From Lama glama (lineage: Eukaryota): a DNA stretch of 64,000 nt. Of this stretch, positions 49,571-61,440 are shown piece after piece. Location of the stretch: positions 10,664,001 through 10,728,000 of the forward strand of contig CM052821.1 of assembly GCA_028534125.1 (NCBI GenBank), read 5' to 3'. Each line of letters starts with the position of its first letter. Position 1 is the first letter of the stretch. The translations under genes and the position numbers were made by a program. The notes below the pieces were generated by a model. It was not told where the DNA came from, did no database searches, and was given only the letters and a program-made list of their open reading frames with translations.

Positions 49571-49685
49571 TCCCTAACTTAGGAAAGGGAACAGCCACCC
49601 AAGTCCAGGAAGCACAGAGAGTCCCCCACAGGATTAACCCAAAGAGGAACATGCCGAGGAACACAGTAATGAAACTGACAAAAAT
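49571..49685 (+). mobile_element. Isolated L1 ORF1 internal fragment
   Basis: Translates to PNLGKGTATQVQEAQRVPHRINPKRNMPRNTVMKLTKI, matching the L1 ORF1p motif FPNL.K....Q.QEAQR.P.RINP.R..PRH..IKL.KI. Flanked by TCAGGAAGCCTCA on both sides. Confidence 0.9.
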
Positions 49686-51329
49686 TCAGGAAGCCTCAGA
49701 CACACTGCATCTCAGGGCAAACCACTACGAGGGGCATGGGGGGGGCGGTGTTTGGGGCAATGATCAGACAATTAGTTGTATCTGATGGAGCTGGAGCTCT
49801 TTTCTCTCCTCAGTATTGAGCGGTTGGCAGCAAGCAAGCTGGTTGCCTCCAAATTAAAGTTGTAACAACTTCTCAAAAAGTGAATGTAATTCTGAGTGAG
49901 GCTCAAGCATGAGCCGTGGGTCCAGAGAAAAAGTTGCTGCCATCTGGAACTTAACAACTGGTAGGAGGGAAGGGAACAAGGGACTTCAGCATATCCTCCA
50001 AGCATAAAACCATAACAGAGCTCGGCCGGGACATGCAGCTGGACGTGAGGGCCGAGGAAGGGCCAGCCCCGCCTGCTGGAAGCTGGACCCCTCTTCCTTT
50101 CAGGTGAGGGAGAAGAGGTGGGGCACCGGGATATGAGTGTTTAAACAGGCCCACTATTGTCAATCTCTTTTTTGGACTAGAGAAGAAAACGCTCAAGAAA
50201 TGGGAAAGAGTTCAATGTTCAACCATGTTGTGCTATTTACTTTGTAATATTAAAAATTCTGATGTTTTATTTTCTACACATGCCAGTCCTAAAATACCAA
50301 GTTTAGGCAATTCAAGATCTAGGCATATACTACATGAGTAACTCAAAATTATAAGCAAAAATTTTTAATTTGTAAAGTAAATCTCATTCTTTATTGAGAT
50401 AGTTTTGACCCTTCTAGATCCTTTGTGTTTCCGTGTACATCCATGTACATCAATGACCATTCTTACTCCCCCTTGCGTTGAATATTCTTGACCCGCTGAT
50501 CCATTTTGTTGAACTTAAGCTCTAACATAAAAAGCAAAATGCAAATATACCAAATGCAAACAGCATGCAAATAATGCAAATATATGCGAATCACATGCAA
50601 ATAGTGTGAAAAAACGCTGACTTCCAGGAGCAGAACACACAGAAGACAGGTGGATGACGTCACAGCTTTACTCTAGAGGCAAACGGGCTTCCTACCAGCT
50701 GCGGAGTACAGGGGAGAGAAAAGGGAACCAAATTGGTCCAGCTCCTTTGGATTAGGGCCTTTCATTAATGAAAATGCACCAAAACGCAGATCATGGGAAA
50801 ACAGGTTAACTGAGAAGAATTTCATGACTCAGTGTTAGCTGAGATGAACTGACACAGCTGTTCAGTTCTTGTACAACTTTAAAAAACACACTAGGTGTTT
50901 GTGACGGGGCTTCTGTGAAAAATCATTATTAACTGAATATTTCAAACTGAGGAAATGTATGTGAACAAAACGATTTCATCACCTTTTCCTCTAAAATTGT
51001 CAAACTACTGGCAGACCATTTAAGAGACCCCCGGAGGCCACCAGTTATCAATAAACCACACTGCAAGAAACATCAAGTCAAGGTGACACTGGAATTACAG
51101 ACAAGGTGGAATTTAAGGTTGAGAAATGCTATACTGGAAGAATAAAAACACATCGTTTTCAACCAACTAGAGGAAATAAAATGATTCAGGAGAATATTAT
51201 CTCATAAGCATTTTCTTATGTCATAAAAATTTGTTTAGGCTCTCCCCTTTCACTGGCTGCTTAATTTTCTACTGTGCAGTTGGACCAGCAAACTGAATTC
51301 AACAGTAGAGTCAAAGATTTCTCCACCAC

Positions 51330-53360
51330 AACAATGCAACAGTGATTTATTATTAGGATTTCTATTAACATTATAAATCAAGTCAGTAGGCTCAGAAAAA
51401 CTAACGTCAGTGGATAGTGGAAAGGCAACTTGATAAAATCCAACACCAATTTCATGTTTTGCTATGTTCTTTAATAGTTTTCTGTGCATGAGAGATTTAT
51501 GTTTTCTTGAAAGTTTGAAAGAACTGACTGAAAAAAATCCTTCTGAAAGCTTTTTATTTTTAAACATAACGATTTGATAACCTTCTATTTCTTGGTTATG
51601 AATGATTATTGCTTTGCGCTGATTTTGTCGACTTTCTTAAGTCAATTTTATTAATTTGTATATTCACATAAAATTGTCTATTTTTCTATGACTAAATTTT
51701 ATAGGCAGGGAACTATAAATAGACTTCTACTATTGTTACTCTTTTTTTCCCTAGCTGTTATAATAATTTCTTTTTTGTCCCTATTTTTGTTTAATAGCGT
51801 TGGTGGTATGGTGGCGAGCATAGCTGCCTTCCTATTTTCGTTTAATTGTGATTTTCTGCTTTTCTTGATTAGATTTACTAGAAGTCTGTCTATAACAATT
51901 TTTCACCAAGAAATTCTTCATTTAATTATACAACTTACTTTTCAAAATTCATTAATTTCTGCTTATCTTTACTTTTCTCTCTGCTTTATTCCTTTTGTTT
52001 TAGATAAGTTGACTGCAACTTACCGCTTTCAATTTGAGTTGGATTATTTACTCTCATTTATAATTTTAATAATAAAAATTTCAGCTTATGCATTAGCCTC
52101 TAGAGGAATTATTCATTCATTCAACAATTTTATTGAATGTCTCCTGTGAGCCAGGCAATATTTCAAGTACTAGGGATACAACAGTGAATAAAACAGACAA
52201 AAGTCTCTGGCTTCATGAAACTCACATTGTAGCAGGAGAAAGAGAAAATTAAGTAAAAGATACAGTGAATTATGCAGTATATGAGAAAGTGATAAATTTA
52301 GGAAAAACTGTAGTGGACAGGGTAGATAAGGCATTCTGGGGAGTAGAATTCATAATTTGTTATATCTTGAGGATTCTTAATACCTTAATTTTATTTTTGT
52401 CCAAATACACATTTGCATTCTTATTTCCTTTGCCCGTAGTTACCGAGAGGAATGCTTTAAATTTTATAACTGACTTTAAAACTCTGATTATTTATTTCTA
52501 GTTCTGCTGAATTGTAGTTGGAGGATGTGGCCTGAACAGGTTTTGGGTTGGCGTGTTTATTACTGTGTTCTCTGTGGCTGTGTCACTTAGCCTTGTCCTG
52601 AGCAGCGAGCGCCAGAGAACCCAGTCAAGAGGCTTGAATGAGTGAGCGGAGGACTTGCGTCCTGAAACAGGTCCTCAGGTGGGAAGTCCAGGCCCGCTGC
52701 GAAGGAACAAGTCGGCTTCCCTCTTGCTGCTCAGCGGGTACACAGAGATGGCGCTGCACCTTGCGCAGGAAGAAAGAGGAAGGGGACCAGGCAGCCCTAG
52801 GAGATTTGCGCGGATGTGTCTTCAGCCAGAACGGAACTACGGGGGCCCCACCAGCCACAGGAGAGCCCACAGGTAGGCTCCTTTGCAGTTTTCTGGTCTC
52901 TGTCAGAGGCACTAAAGTTCAGAATGATTGTTGGGTAGCCAACCTAGTGAATCTAGCACACTATTGATTTTTATAAATGTATCAAAGACACAAGGAACTA
53001 TGTGTCTTAAAATTGGGTTCCTTTTTGCCTGTATTTCAATTTCTTTATGCCATTGTTCATTCTTTGCATATTTGTTCTGTCAGAGGCTAAAAACGGTCTA
53101 TAAAATCTTCTAGAAAAACACGTTTTGATTTCTGTTTCATTTTTAACAATCATCTATTTTCTATATTTTCAAACTACTTTACTTAGTACTTAAAGGTCAG
53201 TCAGGTTATTGTGAACTGATACCTTTCATACTATATATTTCTTTTTGACTTGAACTCTATTTTGTACAATTTATCCTGCTTCCCTTGCCTTATTTGAATT
53301 TTCCCTTGGCCGGAAAATCTTGGCCCATCCTTGTATTTTTAACCTTTGTCATTTTGTTTT
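51330..53360 (-). mobile_element. Highly decayed old L1 (L1M) ORF2 remnant with L2 and LTR insertions
   Basis: T-rich L1 minus-strand patterns (tttgaaagaactgactg..., ttgaactctattttgt) plus a short plus-strand piece (ttgataaaatccaacacc). Confidence 0.6.
52579..52960 (-). mobile_element. MaLR (MLT1-like) LTR, unusually CpG-rich
   Basis: TGTGTCACTTAG start and gattgttgggtagccaacc...agcaca end resemble MLT1 termini. It interrupts an old L1. Confidence 0.55.
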
Positions 53361-53663
53361 AGTGCATCTCTTATTTGCATCATATAATTCCTCACTTATC
53401 ACAAATATCTGCCCAGTTTCCATGGTGTACTGGGCAGTTCTTGATGCTGGAGATACAACAGCAAACAAAACAAAGGATATAACTATGGGACGATCACATA
53501 CATTAAACAAGTGTGACCCATGGAATGTAACCATCAAGTAACTTATTTTTATTTTTATTTACCGGCGTGCCTTCAGATTTATTTGTGGGGTTAGTTCTTT
53601 CTCGCACTGACTTCTTTTCTCCTCTAGGCGCCGACAAAGTTGAGTTAAAAAAATACCCATCTT

Positions 53664-53989
53664 AGTTCATACTGTCCTCTTTTTTTTAGATTCCACAGAC
53701 ACAGACTCGCAGACATAGTAAACAATCTTATGGTTTCCAGGAAAAGGTGGTGGGAAGGGATAAATTTGGGAGTTTGAGATTTACAAATGTTAGCCACTAT
53801 ATAAAAAACTAGATTTTTAAAAAGTTTCTTCTGTAGAGCACAGGGAGCTATATTCAATATCTTGTAATAACCTTTAATGAAAAAGAATATGAAAATGAAT
53901 ATATGAATGTATATGCATGGCTGGGACATTGTGCTGTACACCAGGGACTGACACATTGTAATTGACTGTACTTCAATAGACAAAAAAAT
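53664..53989 (+). mobile_element. Camelid-type L1 3' end with 5' inversion
   Basis: 53664-53697 is the reverse complement of tgtggaatctaaaaaaaagaggacagtatgaact. 53698 onward is the forward L1 3' UTR (acagactcgcagacatag...). Confidence 0.85.
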
Positions 53990-55699
53990 AAGACGGGGAG
54001 GAGCAATAGCAGTGCCAGGAAAGAGAGGAAAAGCCAACAAAACATACTTTTCTCATGGAGGGTTAACCTGTAAAAGGCCCGAGTTGGCAAAGGGAGTTAT
54101 CTTTAAATAGAGTTTAAATTTTGATTATTATTTGACGTATTAATTACCACCTGAAGGAAATGAGAAAAGTCACAGAACCTGTCTTAAATTTTATCTCAGG
54201 ACAGGGGAAGAACCAGTCCCCTTTGCATAGATTCCTTTCTCTTCCTTCCACTTCCAGCTATATTGTTGCTATAACCTGGGGTCCAGATTACATTTATTAC
54301 ATTGTAATTTCTATAAGCCTTCTCTTTTGAATTATTTTTACTATATGCATTTGATTTTCTAACTATATTTTCAATGATTATTTAGAATACATTCCATTTT
54401 GAATTTATTTTCAAATTGCAACCACATTTTTTTATATCATGTACTTCCTATTCTAAATTTTGATTACTTCTTCTCTAGGGTAGAATATAAGTTCTTACAT
54501 ATCTGAGAGAACATATCTGTGGTCTAAGTAAATGATTGGCAATGTACCAGGTTTTACGTTCGTGAGTCTCACATTCTCCCCTTACTAACTTGTGATCTTT
54601 GATTCATTGTCTTCAGGCATTAGTGATACCCAAGAAAAGTTTGAAGTGAGGCTGGTTTTGTTCCTCAGTAGGAAACCAAATTTTTGTCTGAAAGGCTACA
54701 GAAATTTTTCATTATCCTTGATGTCCAGGAAATTTGCCAGAATAATTGATGGTTAATTTTACATACGTTGTCTGGAATACAGTGTGCCTTTTAAATCTGC
54801 ATACTCTGTACTTTTTATAAAATTTTCCTTAATTTTGATACCTTGAATCCTTAGTTTATTGTTCTTGTAGACTTGCAAGTAAATCAAAGTCTTCATCAAA
54901 TTCAAATTCAAACATATAATGCATAATTCTTCTACACTCATTTATTTTGATACAGAAATATTTGAGTAATAAGAGTGATTCAATAATATTTTTTAATGTA
55001 TAAAACTAGCTTTTTAAAAAGTGTCTAACAACCCTTCATGAAGTCTAAATGTTCAGATGGTGTTATCATGACAATTCAGGATCAGGGTGTGGTTGGAGAG
55101 GCGATCAAAGGGACTTTAGAGGATGTTAAAGCGCTTGTCTTATTCAGGAAAAAAACAGAGCATTCATAAGTTTAAGAAACTATAGTAAAATAAATATAAA
55201 AATGAGTACTCACAGAAGAATAAAAATAGAACGCATAATGGTCACATCTGACAAATAAAATTTTACCTACTGAGTGGAAAGTAGAAATTCAGAAATAAAA
55301 TAAAGTACAGTAAATAGAAAGTATAAAATAAGATAGCATTAAGTCCTAACACAGCATAAATTAAAATAAATATAAATGGGTTGAACTAATGTTAATTCAG
55401 ATTCACTCAGGCTGAATTAAAAACGACAACAAACCAGATCTGGCAACACATGCTCCATATATTACTGAGGACTTGCGGCAGGCATACTGTGTGTGAAGGG
55501 ACATGGGGACAGCAGCAGATCTTCCAGACTGTGAAGGTAAGCTAAAGAAGCGCTTTGACATCCGCCAGAGTTTTCTAACTTATACAAGGCGGTCTATGTG
55601 GGGAGGCAAGGGAGGATGAAACAAACGAGCAATCACACTGAGGGACATCTGTGATGTCCCTCAGATCACATCAGGTTGGAAGCAGAGCTGTAGTGTAAT

Positions 55700-55792
55700 G
55701 GCCATTCCCAAGGACCCTACCTCCTAATCCCATCCCCCTGGGGGTTAGGATTTCAACATATGAATTTGAGGCAACATGAACATTCTGTACAA
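55700..55792 (-). mobile_element. MaLR (MLT1A/MST-like) LTR fragment
   Basis: cctacctcctaat.ccatc.ccctggggttaggatttcaacatatgaatttg. Confidence 0.75.
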
Positions 55793-57520
55793 AATACTAG
55801 CTCTCTCTTCTCCGCCATTATTTTTACATCATCAAGATTTGTGGCACTAACTTGTTATAATTCTGTAACTTGATAAATCACTGGTGCTTTGTCTATTGGT
55901 TGATTTGATTACTGCAAGCAGTCAACATCATTGATAACATTACAAGTATACAAATATATTTCACGGCAGATTGGGCGGGCCATCTGGTAACCTTAGCTGG
56001 GAAGGGAGTTCTGCCCTCTCTAGGGTAGGTCCGTACTTTTCTGGCATCTATGGAAGACGTGAGTAATTCTATCTAACCCTGGATTTCAGCACTGGGAAGC
56101 CAGTTTTTGATCACACGTCCATGCTATGTTTACAGCAGTGCTATCAGTAATAAGCAGCCCAGAATTCAAGCTCTGGGCAGGCAGGCAGGTGCCACAAGAG
56201 AAACGAAGAGGAAAGGACTAGTTTTCCAAACTCAGATACGTCCTGCACCTGCCTGGGGGAGGAGTTAAGCCAGAGGGCAAAGACAGGTCCGGGGTGTGAC
56301 TTCAGAGAAAGGAAATGTGGTGGGTGAGACGCGCTTTTCCTTACATCGTTCTCCCTTCTAAGGCTGTTTCCCCGCACCTTCCCTCTCTCGCCATTCTTCA
56401 GGCTTTCTCTAATATCTCGTCTTCCACCTGGGCTCCCCCAACGAGGGTCTTCTGCTATTTCTCTCATTCCCACATGGCTTTCATCGCCTGCCTGGCTGGG
56501 TCTCTACTGAACCCATAATTTGCAGCCCCGTGTGCTTATCCTCCTCTTCTGTAGATCCGAGGACTTACGAGGTGCACACAAGGGAGGTCAGAGGAGAAAA
56601 TATCTTCAGGGCAAATTAAGGCCACAAGCAAGCACTTGGACGATCACCTCAATACACTATCTATTCCTTGTAGCAGGCCTGCGGAATTATTCGCACCCCT
56701 ATTTTATAGAGGCATACACTGAATCTTAGAAAAGTTAGATGACTTGTCCTCTACCCCACAACTGCAAAGTGGAAGAACCAGAATTCCAAGCTAAGTTTTC
56801 TTATTTTAGGTCCCTTGCTCTGTCCCCTCTAACATTATGGCTCATTTTTAGAACTGTTAATTTTTTAAATTTTTTCCTGTTTGGTGCCCCTTGATTCGCT
56901 TGCCTCTTTCTCTTTAGCCTACAAATTAGAGAAGAGAAAGCCAGGGGAATTCTAGGGGACAGACATACCAGAGAATGGCTTTTCCTATATGTTTGAGAGA
57001 ATCTGTATAAAAGTACTTTAACAATTAAGTGCGTACACATTACTTGTTTAGTAGGTGCTACTATCTTCCCAACGCACAGTCCCTGATAATCCACATCTGA
57101 CTGATTATCTCTTTAACTCCCAAGTGTCACATTTGGACACGTGGGTGGAAGCAAGGGGCACAGTCCATTTCCTAAAGATTCCTTTTTTAGCTGGTAAATC
57201 TCCCTGGGAGGACAGGCATTGTTTCCATCACACTTTGGATGGGAATCAATGGGTAAATAGTGCTTTTCCCAGCTGGAAGGTCTCAGCTAACTTCTGCTTC
57301 ATTTCCTCATCACCCACACCCTCAACTGGACCCACTTCCCTTAACTTCAGGCTCAGTCTTGCCCAGTCCCAGAAGTATCTTTTCAAATCATCAATTAATT
57401 TTTTTTAAGAAAAAGTTATCATAAAACATTTCACACAGACACGAAGACAGAAGAGTAAAATAAAAGCCCTATGTATCCATCATTCAGAATCGACAGTTAT
57501 CAAAATTATACAACACTGTA

Positions 57521-57521
57521 T

Positions 57522-57553
<32 letters not shown>
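57521..57553 (+). repeat. (CA)n(TA)n compound microsatellite
   Basis: tacacacacacacacacacacatatatatatat. Confidence 0.92.
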
Positions 57554-60500
57554 GTAGTTTTTTTGCTGAAATATGTTAAAGCACACACCAGGCTTCATGT
57601 CAAGCCCCCCCCCCAACATACTGCAGTCTGGATTGAGGCCAGGTTGTTAAATGTCACCAGCACTCCTCTAAGAGGTATAGATTTTATTCTCTAGGTTCAT
57701 GATTCACCAAATTATTTCATAAACATCCCACACGTTTGGTGTTCAAATTTCTAACTCAACTATATCAAGAAGAAATTAAATGAATCAACAGATTGTGTTC
57801 CCCTCAGTAGCTAGAAGGAAAAAAGTATATATAATTTTAAAGAATGGATCACTGGGTCAATAGATCCACTAAGTTATGGCTCAGCTGGATGGAGAGGAAG
57901 GAAAGTCTAGCCGGGATGGCTGCTCCCCAACCAACCACTGCAGAGCAGGAGGCTCTGACCTCCCTCCCCAGCCAGGCCACCAGCATGACTGCCCACGCAA
58001 GCTCTGCCCCCGCCTGCACAGTCTCCACTCAGCTGTGCAGCAGCAGGCTGTCTGCCAGAAGGAAGCCATTCTTTAAGACCAGCTAGAGTCCCACCTGCTC
58101 AGTGAAGGCTGTCCTAATTATGGCTTCCAATTGGTGCCGTCTCGAGCATACCATCCAGCCATTGCAGTCTCATGCAGACATCCTGTCTTCTCAGGTGGAC
58201 TGCAACGACATCAAGGGTAAAACCTGTGGTTAGCCTTCTACCACTAACTTCCGGTGCTCAGTAAATATGTATAAAGGAGCAAAGGAAGCACAACTTGAGC
58301 TTTCCTTTGGGGTGCAGTTGTTAGTGTCAATTTTTCTGCGCAGAATCAAGTCACAAGAAGACAGAGAGAGAGGGAAACCTGCAGGGGCATTTCAGTCTGA
58401 GAACAGGGATGAAAGAAAGGTTGGGTTGGCTCCCATCCATCCACTTGTTCAACTCGCCCTACAAGTCCTCTTAAGTCCTGCACATTCTCTTTGCTTGAAT
58501 AACCTACAAACACTCCTTTCTTTTTCTTCCCTTGCACCCGTGACTAGGGCAATTGTCTGTTGTTGGCACACATTGTGGTATGACCACATGTTTAAGAATC
58601 ATGAAACCCTACGTAAGAAATCAGTCCCTAAATGAACCGTTACCCAAAGCAACAGGCTCATTCCTGCAGCAGCACCACGGTGCCACCCAGTGGACAGTTT
58701 CTGAACAATTCGATCCCTTGTGAACTGGCGAGTGAATCTGGAACCAGAGCACTTGCGGCCAGCTCGTCTACAGAAGGGCACATTTTATACTCTGCATTCT
58801 TGTAACTTGGTTGTTTGATGAACTCCAATAATTGCTTCACTTAAACGTCTTGAAATTTTATTCTCTTTAACCCCTACTCGATTTTCTTAAGAAAATTCCT
58901 AATGAAAGCATTTGTGATGTACAATATCACGGGCTCTTACTTTCAATTTTACTCTATTTTGGGAGAAAGCCAGTTCCCCATTATCTTTGTGTGAGCTTCT
59001 AAAAGGTTAATTCTCTTTCCTAGAGAAGTCTACGTAAAGCGTATGACCACATGTTTAAGAATCATGAAACTCTACATAAGAAACTAACCAATGCGCATTG
59101 CCTAGGTGTGGTTGGATGTTGCAGATTTTCTGGAACTAACCTATTTAGAACATCGAACATCTGGCGCTGGAACAACTGGACATCCATATACAAAAAATGA
59201 ACCTCAACTCTTACTTTGCAGCGTATCTGAAAATGGATGTAGTTAAAGGTAACCCAAGCCTCAGCTGACTGCCCAATTTGAGAAAATCTTTGAAGAAACA
59301 GGACAATTCTGGTACACCTACACTCTCTCCTACTCACCTGAGGCTAAAGATCTCTCCCCTGCATTTTCTTCACTAGAGGCCCCATGGAATGCATTTTCTT
59401 TCTTTAAAAAAAGTATTTGCTCAATTTAATATTTAATTTTTATTAAAAGTCTTTCTTGGCTTTATACAACTTTGGTCAGTGCATATTTTTGTTCTAGATG
59501 AGAAGACTGGAAAAGTTTTGAATTTATATATCAGAAATAACTCATAAATTGTAGGCAAGTGCACTGTACTAACAGCCAAGAGGTCCAAGGAGTGACCCCA
59601 GATCTGTTACCAACAGCCCGCATGGCCGCATACAAGACATGCTTAAGACTCAATCTCTCTTACTTCCCAAAATATTGGTTAGGTGGTTAGTGTTCCGTCC
59701 TTTTAAAATTCTGTGTATTTCTAAATTTTCTTTAATGAGCTTGTGTTATATTGTTAATAAGGAAGTTGGGCAGGATCTGTTAGTTTCTTTCCCTGCCTCT
59801 TATTTGGTGTTTTTCAGGACTGTGTATATTTGCAAGTCCTCACAATTTGAACTCCTCACTTAAAAACGCTATTGATCTTGAGATCTCAGATTAGTTTTGT
59901 TAAATACTTATGAAGCGTTTCTCAGAACTGTGTATTTGTCACATTTGCTAACTGTGTATTACGACAAATGTATTTCTATGTATTTTTTTTTGGTCAAATT
60001 TCAAGTTTAAGTCAGAATTTAAGTGCTAGATGCCCTAAATGTGTCATCTAGAAACATCTCTACCATTTTCCCTCTAAGCATCTGATGATGGGGGAACTCA
60101 CTTAATGTGTCAGAGCTTCTGTTCTCTTATCTGCAAAGTAGTGATGATAAATCCAGCTGAACAGGTCTGGCTGTTCTAGTGTTCAAGAGAAATAAGGTTC
60201 GAGGTAGCATGCTGAAAACTTGGAAGGGCAGCTCGGATGGGAATCTGTCATTTAGTAGAAGAAACCAAGGAGGGGTGGTTAGGAAGGTTGGGGATACAGT
60301 AGAAGAATCAGGGGTGACTCAGAACCAGAAGCAAAGATGGATGCTACCCTCTTGGGGGGCTGTCAGAACCATTAGCTCTTCCTGGTCCCCGTCTCCTCCT
60401 TGTGGGAATGATGGGAACAGGTATGGCCTTCTGTCCAGGATCCGTCTAGCACAGATAGCAGGGAGACACAGTAAGTTGGACGTCACAGGTTGAGGATCAA

Positions 60501-60699
60501 TAGAGTAACAGAAGAATGAGGGAAGAAACAGCAGGAAAGGAAAGGGATGGAATTAACACTACATTACCACGTGTGGCAAGGCAGGATGTGTTTGCTAAAG
60601 AATCTTTCTTCAGACAAGGATGGCTTCTGGGTTCCCAGTGGTAGGAATAGAAACTTCAACTGATGAATATAAAGTAATCATTAAAAAAGTAAACCACCA

Positions 60700-61440
60700 A
60701 AGAACGAGAGGGATGTTCTAGTAAACAAAAAAGACGAGGACTGTGTTCTTAAAAACCATCAACATCATAAAAGACAAGGAAAGGGTGTGGAAATGTTTCA
60801 GATTAAAGGAGGCGAAAGAGACGCGACAACTAACTACAATACTCAATACTCGTTTGAGGCTGAGTCCTGTTCTGGAGGAGACGAAATGCTCTAAAACATT
60901 ATCTGGTCAGCTGACAAAATTGGAATATGGATGGCAAATGAGAGAAAAGAACTATGCCAATGCAAAATTCACTAAAGTTGAAAACTGTATGACAGTTACG
61001 TAAGCAAACAGCCCTATTCTTAGGAAACACTGACCTACTTAGGGGTGATGGGCCATGATACTTGTAATATCTCTAACTGGTTCAGGGGAAATATTTATCT
61101 CAAAGGAGAGGGAGAGAGAAAGAGGGAGTGAGCAAATGGGGTCAAATGTTATAAATAGGTGATCCGGGTGAAAGGTGTTATATTCTCTGTGCTCTCCTTT
61201 TAAAAATTACTTATTTATTTTATCTTTTTTTGGGGGGGGTAGGTAATTAGGTTTCTTTGTTTGTTTGTTTTTAATTTATGTATCTTTACCAGAGGCACTG
61301 GGGATTGAACCCAGGACCTCGTGCATGCTAGGCACGCACTCTACCACGGAGCTCTCCCCTCCCCCCTTCTGTGCTGTTCTTCTTTGCACAACTTTTCTGA
61401 AAGCTTGGATTTATTTCCAAACAACAAAAATTTTAAAAAG
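60700..61440 (+). mobile_element. L1MC-like 3' end
   Basis: aaaaccatcaacatcataaaagacaagg...ctattcttaggaaacac...ttgcacaacttttctgaaagcttgga. Confidence 0.8.
61199..61346 (-). mobile_element. Vic-1-type SINE inserted in L1MC
   Basis: ggtaattaggttt...actggggattgaacccaggacctcgtgcatgctaggcacgcactctaccac. Confidence 0.9.

Noticed and set aside
51688-52149. 153-aa hydrophobic, membrane-protein-looking ORF
   Set aside because: Translation of T-rich antisense L1 remnant, which yields Phe/Leu/Ile-rich frames.
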